In this document: in pieces, positions 26,839 to 37,496 of the stretch
Numbering within the stretch: position 1 is the stretch's first letter
Layout: every line of letters starts with the position of its first letter
NCBI GenBank assembly: GCA_964658305.1
Contig: OZ210885.1
Location: 24,800,001 to 24,864,000 of the forward strand
Source: Leptogorgia sarmentosa
Taxonomy: Eukaryota
Length of the DNA: 64,000 nucleotides
Direction: 5' to 3'
Translations under genes and position numbers: made by a program
Notes under the pieces: model-generated
The model's database searches: none
What the model saw: the letters and a program-made list of their open reading frames with translations, nothing else
What the model was told of the DNA's origin: nothing

Positions 26839-28402
26839 ATGACAGACGAGCGGAGCGAGGAAGGTTTACAACTTGAAATCAACAAGGAGATAGAAAAGCT
26901 GAAATATTACGTTGGAAATGCCGACGAGACGATTAAGGAAGGGGATTTTCTGGAGATCAAGATCATAAACGATCGAGCAGCAACGATTTTGGATAAGATA
27001 AATACTCTTGTAGCGAATGTTCAAGAGTTAAAAATCGATCGCGGGGAAACGGCAAGAAACGTGCGAGTTGCGACAGTGGAAAAAGGAAATTAAGGAAGTT
27101 CATAAGCCGCTAGTGGAAAACATGGGAAAATTATCGGAAGCTTACAACGAGAAACAAAGACAAACAAACGAGGAAATCGAGCGAAAGAAGCAACAGCTGG
27201 AATGGGAGAAAGACGAACGTCGTCGACGAGAAATACGTGAGCGAGAAAGAGAAATGTGGGAGGAAAAATTCAACGCAGAACTGCGAATGACCGAGAGAAG
27301 GATAGAGATGGAAACACAGGCGAAGGCCAGTTTAGCAAAACTACCACGTTTGAAGATTACACCATTTAAAGGCACAGCGGCCGATTGGGTCCGGTTCGAG
27401 AACATGTTCCTGACTCAAGTGGATAGCAGACCGATATCAGAGGAAGAAAAATTCGGATACTTGTTAGAGTCCGTGGTACCCAAGGTAAGAGACAGAATTT
27501 CTAATCTTAAACCAAGCTCGGTGGGGTACAAAATGGCATGGGACCGTTTGAAAAGGGAGTATGGGGAAACAAGAGTGGTGATCAGTGCACATCTAGATGA
27601 GATTATCAATCTGCCAACCATCAAAGGGACAAATACGGAAAAAATTCAGGAGTTTTACGACAAACTAAGCAACAATTTTGATGCTCTGCAGACACTGGGA
27701 GAGGGGGACAAGTTACAAGGGTTTGTTATGAACACTTTAAATAAACTTCCACATGTGAAGCCCGATTTAGTAAGGGTGGATGACAGTTGGGAAGGGTGGA
27801 AAATGGAAACCCTTGTCAGTAACTTACAAGCATGGTTAAAGAGAAACAACCTCAAATGGAATACACACGTTCATCAGACTGTTCGCAAAGCCTGTAAAAA
27901 GCTATTCCACCTACGAGAATGCCGTAGATCCAATCTCCCTATAGAAATTGGACTCACTACATATATATCGAAAATAAGACCTATCCTGGAATATGCATCC
28001 CCGGTATGGGGAGGCCTTCCCAAATACTTAGAAGATGAAATCGAACAAATACAAACTAGAAGTATGAAGATCATTGGCCTGCCGAAGAACCACCTACCTA
28101 CCCTCAGGGAAAGAAGAGTTGAAGCAACTAAGAGAGAGCTTTTGAAAATTCAGTCTGACACTAATCACCCATGTCGTGTATTTTTACCTAGTCGAAAGAT
28201 TCATAACTATAATCTTAGAAGTAAACCTAAATTTAACAAAACAATATCAAATACGGATAGACACAAGAACTCGTTCATTCCTAGGGCCTGTTCACTAACT
28301 GATTGATGTAATTTTTTAACAATGTACTATATCCAAATATTTTTAAATGTAAATCCATTGTATTTTTTGTCTAAAGATGGATAATAAAACCTACTACTAC
28401 TA

Positions 28403-28435
<33 letters not shown>

Positions 28436-31400
28436 GTGAGGATAGTCCCATCCAGAAGAAAGAAAGGAACTGGTTTGGTGGTGATGGGAAACCCAAACCA
28501 AAGTGCATATATTGTAGTGGGGAACACTGGAGTGATGAGTGTAAAACAGTAGTTTCACAAGATCAGAGAAAGAAGTTCTTTGTTGACAAGAACTTATGTT
28601 TCAATTGTGGGCGGACTGGACACAGAGGGTCTCAGTGCCGCAGTCGAGGTTGCTTCAAGTGCGGTTCGAAGCATCATACCAGTATATGTGATAAAAGGAA
28701 AGATTCAAAATCTGGGATGGGAGGAGTACTCAATGGTTATAGCAGGTCTCATGATGGAAATTCGTTGCCAGCCATTATTCCAGTTAACGTTCAAGGGGAA
28801 GTCATGTGGGCATACCTAGACACTGGTTCAGCAAGGAACTTTGTTTCTCGGGATGCAGCAAAAATGTTGAAGTTAAAGCCAAAACGCCATGAGCCAAGGG
28901 AGATCGTTACCTTAAATGGGGTCACAAAGCAGTCCATGCCAATTTACGAAATAGAAATCAATGCTCTTGATGGGAAAGCAAAAGAAAGAATCGAGGTTAC
29001 TGGAGCAAAACTACCAGACTTTACGACAGTCAAAAGACCTGATATCCGCGAGCTGAAATTGAAGTATGAACATACAAAGGACAAAACATTTTATTTTACG
29101 GAGAATGGGAGATGTCAAATCCATCTCATTATTGGAGACAAAACATTTAGTCGAATACGGACAGAAACCGTTTGCAAAGGTGAGCAGGGAGACCCGATCA
29201 TCGAAGATACTAGCTTCGGATGGGTAATTCATGGAGGTGATGACTACACGGATGATCAGTGCATGTTCGCTAGAGAGACAAACAATTGTGAGAGACTGTA
29301 CAGTTTAGACGTCTTAGGCGTGGAAGATCGAGGAGACACAAACAGTGAAGTCCTAAACGAGTTTAAGGAGAACATTTCGAGGAAGGAAGATGGAAGATAC
29401 GAGGTCAGATTTCCATGGATTTCGGGAAAGGGCCTGTCAGAGACAAACGAGCAGCAGAGCAGGAAACGGTTACAATATGTGAATAGGAAATTAGATAAAA
29501 CACCCGAGTTAAAGCGAGAGTATGATAGCATTATAAACGAACAGTTAACCGAGGGAGTGGTAGAAGTAGCCCCAGAGATACCAACTGGAGACCGAATCTA
29601 TGACATGCCGCACAAACCAGTTGTACGTCAGAACGCAACCACGACGAAGGTACGAATGGTATTCGATGCAAGTGCAAAACCTAGTGCATCCACTGAAAGT
29701 ATAAACGATTGTATGTATACTGGTCCACCTTTGCAGCCACATCTATGGGACATACTGGTACGAGCACGGATGATGCAGAATCTTCTACTAGCAGACATCG
29801 AGAAAGCTTTTTTGCAGGTCCAAATTAAAGAGGAAGATCGCGATTCCTTTAGATTCCTATACAATGTGAATGGCATGGAAAGCCATCTACGATTTACACG
29901 CGTACCGTTTGGAGCGGAGGCCAGTCCTTTTATATTGGGTGCAACATTGCAACATCACTTCGAAAACCAACCTCCAGAACATCAAGATACCGTGGATGCT
30001 TTAAAGAAAAATACCTATGTGGACAATCTAATGTACGGTGGCGAGAATCTCGAAAGCTTGATGAAGTTCAAAGAGGAAAGCAGCGTGATTTTGGAGAGCG
30101 GAAGGTTTCCTGTTCACAAATGGGAAAGCAATGTCGAGTCGTTAGAGAGCAGCGGCATGCCAAACCCTACGAAATTCCTAGGACATACCTGGGACAAACG
30201 TGAGGAAACCCTGGAGATAACAGTCCCAAACTACGACGGGAAAGAAGCAGTCACCAAAAGAAATATCCTCAGCCACATAGGAAGCATATACGACCCGCTT
30301 GGAATAATTTCTCCCACCCTAGCTGAGGGAAAACGAATCTACCGCGACGTGTGCGACGAGAAGAAAAATGATTGTCAGTGACAATGAAGAAAAATGTCAG
30401 TGGTTGAAATGGACTAGACAGTTGAGGAACGTTAAGATACCTCGGAGCATAAACAAGAATGTGAGTAATGCGAAGGCGGTTCATCTCCATGTGTTTGCGG
30501 ACGCAAGCACCTTGGCTTGTTGTTCGGTAGCTATTGCTGTCGTGGAAGGTGATACGGGCGTAGTCGAGGGCCTCTTAGCTTCAAAGTCACGAATATCAAA
30601 ACGGGAAACATCGATCCCAAGACTCGAACTTGTCAGCGGTCATATGGCCACAAATATGGCAAGAAATTTGTGTAACGCTCTACAGGGATGGCCTATCAAG
30701 TCAGTTACGATATGGATGGACAGCCATGTTGCTCTATTTTGGATAAACAACCCCGGCAAAGCTTGGAAGGTGTTTGTAGCAAACAGAGTGAAGAAAATAG
30801 CAGAAACAACCGACGGATTGAACGTCATTTGGAAATACTGTCCGACATAAATGAACTTGGCTGACCTAGGCAGTAGGGGTGCGACCATAGATAAGCTCGA
30901 GAACCAAGAGTGGTTTACAGGACCAAGGTGGCAGTTGAATGAAAGCCAGTGGCCTGATCAACCTGAACTGGTGAGGAACAAAGAGACGAATTGCGAGTAT
31001 AAGGCTACAGAGCCTAATTTCTTCTCTGAGGAGCACGCAATGGATGAATGGGATGATCTACTCGACCGAAGTTCGTATTGGCGAACTTTACGTGTCACAG
31101 CGTGGGGTTTAAGGTTCGTCAGTAACTGTCGTTCCAAAGCAACGAAGGTCAAGCGAAAGAAAGGTCCACTGAATACGGACGAAATCATGAGCGCCAGAAA
31201 TAAATGGGTGAGGAGAGTGCAAAGGAATGAGCAACCAATCATGCAGGCGCCAGGATGGAACTTGGAAAAGGAGCCTGAGACGGAGATACTCAGATGCGAA
31301 GGACGAGTAACGAATTATAATCCAATATATCTTGGAGAGGGAACGTTCACGAATAAGCTTATTGTTCATGTTCATCATCAGATTATGCATCTCGGCGTTT

Positions 31401-32578
31401 CCAACACCATGGCAGCTCTTCGAGAAACGTGGTGGATCCCTAGGTTGCGTGAGAAAGTGAAGGAAGTCATCAGCAAGTGTAACGTTTGTAAATTGTACTC
31501 GGCGAAGCCTTTCGAAGCCCAAACTACTGCGAAATTGCCAAGGTTTAGAACCGAAGGCGACCGGCCATTTGAAGTGACGGGCGTGGACTTCGCGGGTCCT
31601 TTACAGTATAGAATTGCCAAGAACGAAAACGGAAAATGCTACGTGTTAATATTTACATGCGCGGCTTCAAGAGCAGTCCACTTAGAAGTGACGAAAGACC
31701 AAACGGCAGAAGGGTTTCAGAGGAAACTCAACTCCTTCGTTACCCGCAGGACTAGACCACGTATGATAGTATCGGACAACGCGCAAACGTTCAAAGTCAC
31801 GGCGGAGTGGGTGAAGATCATAAGGAAGAGCGAGAAAATGCAGAATCATCTTGCTAGCGAAGAAATCACATGGAAATTCAATCTTGCAAGATCCCCATGG
31901 TGGGGAGGGTTTTACGAGAGACTCATTAAGGAAATCAAGAAAACTTTGTATAAAACTCTGGGGAAATCTCACCTGTCATTCGAGGGGATGGAGCAAGTTG
32001 TGATGGACATTGAAAAGAATTTGAACAACCGTCCGTTGACGTACGTCGAAAGTGAGACAGAGTCGGAGGTGCTGACTCCTAATGTTATTATGTGGGAAGG
32101 AAACGCGTACCCACTCGAAGAAATCGAAGCACACACGGACGAGTTGACAGGTATGAGGAAGAGGTTGATTAACGCGAAGCAACATGCATGGCAACGTTGG
32201 AAGAAGGAATACATTCACGCTTTAATGGAAACACATCGATCAAAGACGAAAGGCGGAGGACGGATACCAGAGGTCGGAGACATACTCTTGATCGTGGGTG
32301 ATGAGAAAAATCGGGGCGAGTGGAAGAAAGGTCGAGTACTGCGCTTGGTAAAGGGAAAGGACGGTGTTGTACGGGGTGTCGTTCTTTGCCATAACGGTCG
32401 GAGAATCGAACGGCCGTTACAACTAGTTTGTCCATTGGAACTTCAAGTCGGAAAACCTGTCGAGGAAGAAGAGCAGAGTAAGGAGGTGGCTGAGAACGGA
32501 AGAGTACGGAGAAACGCAGCCAAACGGGCAGAACAACAGATACGGACACAGTTTGAAGAAGAAGACAATGAACTGTAG
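26839..32578 (+). pseudogene. BEL/Pao gag-pol polyprotein; frameshifts at ~27065 and ~30365, TAA at 30848-30850, LINE insertion in gag
   Basis: Gag LPRLKITPFKG. Zn knuckles CIYC/CFNC/CFKC at ~28505-28690. Protease YLDTGS. RT ADIEKAF, PFG, YVDN. RNase H HVFADAS/IPRLEL. Integrase GVDFAGP, SDNA, WWGGFYE. Confidence 0.9.
27850..28433 (+). mobile_element. 5'-truncated non-LTR retrotransposon (CR1/L2-group-like RT 3' end)
   Basis: LKWNTHV...YISKIRPILEYASPVW...RHKNSFIP, then AATAAA, (CTA)n and ~29 A. Removal restores gag AAG AGA AAC AA|G TGT GAG. Confidence 0.85.
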
Positions 32579-32889
32579 ATACGTATAGTTACGTTCATAT
32601 TGTTTGTTAATGTTTAGGGTAAAAATTGACTTTAATTTTTAGGGGAGTGTGAGCAGAACATTCCCACGCCACACCCCCAAACGAGGGAGATAGGTAACGA
32701 TAGAAACGGGAGAACGAAGGGAGTGGGAGTCGAGAGCGTGATTGTGTAAAACTTTAAGAGATAAACAATTAAATATTTGAAATTTACGAATTGGTAGTGT
32801 GCAATACAACTCGCCAGCACACTATGAATAATTCATACCTTTTGTCTTCTCGTCTCGTAAACAGCGAGTCACACGTGCACCACTAGTAC

Positions 32890-33294
32890 ACACCACGTGG
32901 TTGTGAAAAAGAAGCTTTCACTTTCCACGCAGCGGCAATCACGGAAGTAGAATTCGCGATTTGAAGAAATTAAGGAATTCTTATGAATTTTCATTTTCCA
33001 TTCATCCAAGGAAATTTAGGGAGTGAAAATTATTTTCCAAAAATGGAAACACTGCTGCACAAATGATGTTCGATTTGAGAACGCAACATTTGCGCGTTCG
33101 ACTCGAGTAAGTGTTGATTGGTTTGAAAATATGACGTTCGACGCGACTACGATTTGCTCGAATCGACTATTTGTTATTCAGCTTTAATTGTTAAGTTATT
33201 CATTGACCAGCTCGATTCGAGTAAGTGTTACTCGATTAGCATGTTTGTCGTTTGATTTATAGTAATTGAATTTTGACACTAATAACGCGCCATA
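32890..33294 (-). mobile_element. Orphan IS3EU-like terminus (TATGGCGCGTTATTAGTGTCAAAATTCA... on the minus strand)
   Basis: Resembles the element-1 TIR (TATGG, then CAAAATTCA at the same offset) and has internal CGAGTAAGTGTT repeats. Truncates the Harbinger CDS. Inner boundary approximate. Confidence 0.55.
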
Positions 33295-33948
33295 GATGGG
33301 ACCCATGTGCATATAATACAGCCAAATGAGAATTACTCTGATTACCTGAACAGGAAGGGGAAATATTCAATAAACGTACAAGCACTTTGTGATTACAAGT
33401 ACTGCTTCACTGATGTTGTAGTCAAATGGCCTGGGGCTGTCCACGACGCCCGAATCTTTGCTAACTCTAGCTTGAATAAAAAAATGCGTGACAATATCAT
33501 ACCTAGTTGTCCTAAAATTATTGTTGAAGGAGAGGATGCAGTTCCCATCTGTATACTTGGTAACCCTGCCTATCCCCTTCTTCCATACGTCATGAAAGAA
33601 TTTCCAGCTGGAGGATCCGATGTTAGCGAGCAATTCTTTGGTTATCGATTGTCGTCTGCTCGAATGACAATAGAATGTGCTTTTGGTCGACTAAAAGGTA
33701 GATTTGGTTCACTACGTCGACCTATGGACATTAAATTATCAGAACTACCAATGGTTATCTATTCTTGTTTTGTGTTACACAATATTTGTGAGCTCAACAA
33801 AGAACAAGTGCATGATGGCCTCATACAAGCAGCAAATGTTTCAGAAAGTCAACTTCAGCCACCATGTGCTGCAAATAGATGTACAACTGGAAATAATGAG
33901 GCAGCTGGCAAAAATGTACGATACATATATGTTAAATATTTTGACTAA
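33295..33948 (+). pseudogene. Harbinger/PIF DDE transposase (HARBI1-like), 5'-truncated
   Basis: [34 protein letters not shown] (catalytic D appears as N), [15 protein letters not shown]. Confidence 0.88.
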
Positions 33949-34341
33949 TGTGCCATCAATCAAGTACACAAAATGCGTTTTCAACAAAGTTTATAACATT
34001 GTGTTCATTTCATTAACTGTATCTTTACCAATATCTGAACTATTGGAATCAAAAGTCTAAAACATAACATGAACAACTTATCTACTTCAGTTACTATTGT
34101 AAAACAATTGCTATGTATTTTGTTCTCCCCCTTGCTCCATTTGATAATCTAGTTCTGTGATCTGGGCAATGTTCAAAGGTGACTGTAGTTGTTGTGGCAT
34201 TTGGGAAATTACAGGAGGTTGAAAACCACCAAATGGCATGTATGGGACTGGCTGATACTGGCTACCTGTATCAAAATAATGACAAAAAATATTTATAAAT
34301 ATAAGCTGGTATGTTAGGAGTTTGAATTTGCTGGTACATAG

Positions 34342-35208
34342 CTATATATATACTATACCTATTGGATGTTGATACTGTGCACCTGGTTGAACATGCTGTT
34401 GGAATTGACCATTTGGCTGCTGTTGATGTTGTCGACCTGTGATTGCAGCTGTCAAAGCATTGGTCAGTCCAACCATAGACTCTGAAAGGGTTTTCATTTG
34501 CTTGTTATGTTCAGCTTCCATATGTTTCATGTGTTCCATCATCTCTCTTTTCAGCTCGAAATCCTTTTTTGTTATATCAAGTATTTGTTTATCAACTGGA
34601 ATCTTTTTTTTCAGCTTGGCATTTCTGCTCTCCTGTAGATGCTTCACCAGATCTCTTCGATGATGATCAGGACTTTGAGTTCTACTTTCACTTTCATCAC
34701 TTGAGATAGCATCATTTGGAGCTTGTGCCGATTCTGTTTCTGTTGTTGTGTTTTCTGACGTAAGGCTGCTGTCAATACCTCCTTCAATTGCCTCTGCAGC
34801 AGGACTTCCACTCCAGATTTTTGAACAGATATCATAGAACTGAGCAACAACTCTTCCACCTCCACTCCTTCTACCAGAATCTAAAGCTTTTCGGTACTTT
34901 AATCGCAGAGCTTTTACTTTGGCAACAACACGCTCCTTTGTTAACTCTTCGGATGGATCCTTCCCCTTTCCCAAAGGGAATTCTCTTTGATCGTCTGCAT
35001 CCTGATTTCGAGGATATCTCGCTAACAACAAGGCCCTGATTTCATCATATTTTGTCTTGATTGATTCCCAATCGAATCCCTCTGATTCCTTACTGCTTTT
35101 ATATTCGTAAATTACTGCAAGCAACAACTCGATTTCGTCGTCAGTCCATGTAAAATTGCTATGTCCTTCGGCTTTATTCAAGGTTTTCTTGCTTTTTTTG
35201 GGCGCCAT
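34342..35208 (-). CDS. Harbinger ORF2, Myb/SANT-like DNA-binding protein (further small 3' exon likely)
   Basis: FTWTDDEIELLL...WESIKTKY...YRKALDSGRRSGGGR...CSKIW. Convergent with the transposase. Confidence 0.8.
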   Translation of the reverse strand: MAPKKSKKTLNKAEGHSNFTWTDDEIELLLAVIYEYKSSKESEGFDWESIKTKYDEIRALLLARYPRNQDADDQREFPLGKGKDPSEELTKERVVAKVKALRLKYRKALDSGRRSGGGRVVAQFYDICSKIWSGSPAAEAIEGGIDSSLTSENTTTETESAQAPNDAISSDESESRTQSPDHHRRDLVKHLQESRNAKLKKKIPVDKQILDITKKDFELKREMMEHMKHMEAEHNKQMKTLSESMVGLTNALTAAITGRQHQQQPNGQFQQHVQPGAQYQHPIGIVYI

Positions 35209-35377
35209 GTTTGTTGTAATGCACGTGTTGAGTCAGCGTTATTTTCGTCAATAAATTTCATTGGACAAGGAATATCACATGACAAACCGTCATTAATTTT
35301 TACCGGCACCGTGTAAACGCAACAGGTAAACGGCACATTCGCAAACTATCGTAATTTTTCTACCGTTTTCACATAAT

Positions 35378-35400
35378 ACCGGCATCGTGTAAACGTAGTC
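35378..35400 (-). repeat. Harbinger right terminus (GACTACGTTTACACGATGCCGG on the minus strand), followed by TGA
   Basis: Harbinger-type TTTACAC terminus and a TNA target. The left end is absent. Confidence 0.55.
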
Positions 35401-35845
35401 TGAAGTCGCTATTGCGGAGGCAACTGTACGCATTGGACCAGGATTGTCAAGGACATTTTTCAAACAATGTGGATATATGTAAAAAGTTTCAGAGCTTTGT
35501 ACAAATATCTTGTTTCTTCAAATTAGAAACTGCATCTATATCTATTGATAGACAATAAAGTCCATGTTGTTTACTAGTGAGCTCGAGTTAATATTTAAAA
35601 CTTTGTACATTTCATCATTTTCACCCGAATATTAAACCATATTTATTAACACTTTTTTTACAAGATTCCGGTTTACTTTACATACAAGAATTCGAATCAT
35701 AACAAAATGTAAATTTACCGTAAAACAACAAATTTTAGTGAACTGAATTTTCGGAGTAGGTACAATTCTGAACACTCCTACTGCATAATATAAAGTCATT
35801 AAGCAGCATTATAGCTTGGCGACTCAGTCTACTTATTAACTGTCA

Positions 35846-37496
35846 TTAACTGTCATTAACAATGTTTTCGGACAATTCTACAGCTGTAAGCAGTGCATCA
35901 AATGGCCGATTGCCTTTGGTCATAGAATGAGTGTGTTGACTGTTCAGGTTTGGAGGCTGAATCGAATTCTGCTCTTTAGGTGTACCCAAAAAGCCATCCA
36001 ATTTTGGCGGACAATTATAATTGTACGTAGCGCCAAATTCCCCATGTGGAATTATTTGAGACGGGAAATTAGGTCTTGGTACTCCAGATATACCAGTGAA
36101 CGGCATGCCAAAGGTTCCTTGGTAATCGGATGGCATATGAACCATACTATATGGCATTGGGTAATAATTTGCAGGGAAGGTATCATATGGCTGTGTATGG
36201 CAAACAGGGAATCTATTACCAACATAACTGTTCCCTCTTGGAAACATACATGTATCCATGTTATCTGCTCTTCTTTTTTTCTCCTTTCTTCGACGACGCT
36301 TTTGTTTCCTACGTTTTCTTGATTTCCTGTCATCGCTGCTATCAGACGAAGAATCATCCGAATCATCTGGGAGGTTAACTCCATTGCTTTTGACATGGGA
36401 TCCTTCTTTAGAGGGTTTCCCAGGACTGATATTAAAAATATTCACGCTAGCTTTCGAATGCCCTTTCGCAGATGTACAATTTGTCTGATTATTTTTGTAA
36501 ATAGACGTATTGTTTGTTTCACTTGTACCATCAGTGAGTTCGTCATACTCATCGCCGATAGATTGTTGCATTTTCTTATTACACTTTTTCAACAAAATTT
36601 GTAACTGCTCTCCGTCGTTGCACGTAATGGGTGGAATTTTCCCTTTCAATTCTGTACGCAGAAGCCGCAAATGTCTCATCAACAGTACTTTGTTTTGCTC
36701 GTATGATTTATTCATTGCAATAAGACGTGGTTTCATGCTTTTTATAAATTGGTGCTCACTCTGCGACTCAAAATCTTTTAGTGAGTTCAATTGATTCTCT
36801 AAGTTTTGAATCTTATCTTTTGTTTTCTTTACTAAAATTTTGACATGGTTTGTCTCTGCGATATATTCTTGGTGTTTATCTTTGATACCACAATACGTAT
36901 AACCAGGACATGTGTTCATATTGCACGGTTTTGATGCGCTGTTGCGGTGGCCTCTATGGTGGCAGTGGCCACAAATAATCTTAGATTTGCCAATTGCTGG
37001 TGGTTCTCGTATGTTGACACTTTCGCGAGATTCTAAATTTACTTTCAGTTCGTTAAGTTCTTCATTTAAACTGTCCAACTCATCTTGCAGACGTTCCTTC
37101 TCAAAGTCTAGAGCTTTGAGGCCTTTACTTCCTTCCTAAATTATAGTGGAAAGTGCTTCAGTAAGCAATGCCTGTTTACTACAACTATAATGTACAAATT
37201 ATATTTCTTACCGTTGGCGTAATCTTTGGATTTGTGACATTGCGTTTTCCTTTAACCAAAGGAGACTCTTCATTTAACTGGCTTAACTTAAACTTTAAAA
37301 CAGCCATCGTCCCCAAACCAAGTTTGTTTGATCCGCTGAACATTACCTCCAGTTGTTCATTGGTAATTAGTTTCAATTTGAGTCTGGTCGTGAAATGATT
37401 TGCTTTAAGTGTGTCGTAATACGTGTATTTGCGTCATCTAGTTCAGTTTTCATGTCTTTCAGCCAATGACTCATGTAATCTTCGCTTTCCATCATG
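35846..37496 (-). CDS. Uncharacterised 2-exon gene: SAM-like N-terminus (frameshifted), coiled coil, Cys/His cluster, basic NLS-like tract
   Basis: ORF 35846-37078 with CGHCHHRGH...PC....CPGYTYCG...H. Intron ~37211-37137. The upstream exon needs a frameshift. Confidence 0.5.

Larger units (their letters stand above)
26616..32821 (+). mobile_element. BEL/Pao LTR retrotransposon, degenerate
   Basis: LTRs of ~170 bp, TG...CA, at 26616-26787 and 32650-32821 (one mismatch seen). PBS TGGTGCCGTGACCAGGAT is tRNA-His-like. PPT AGGGGAGTG. TSD (A)CTAT. Order gag-PR-RT-RH-IN. Confidence 0.92.
19371..32877. mobile_element. IS3EU-like DNA transposon 3 (HECT ligase + transposase), with a BEL element inserted in its right TIR
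   Basis: TIR of ~64 bp CACGTGTGACTCGCTGTTTACGAGACG... at 19371-19434. The inverted copy is split into 26604-26615 and 32826-32877. Convergent HECT and transposase genes inside. No clear TSD. Confidence 0.8.
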
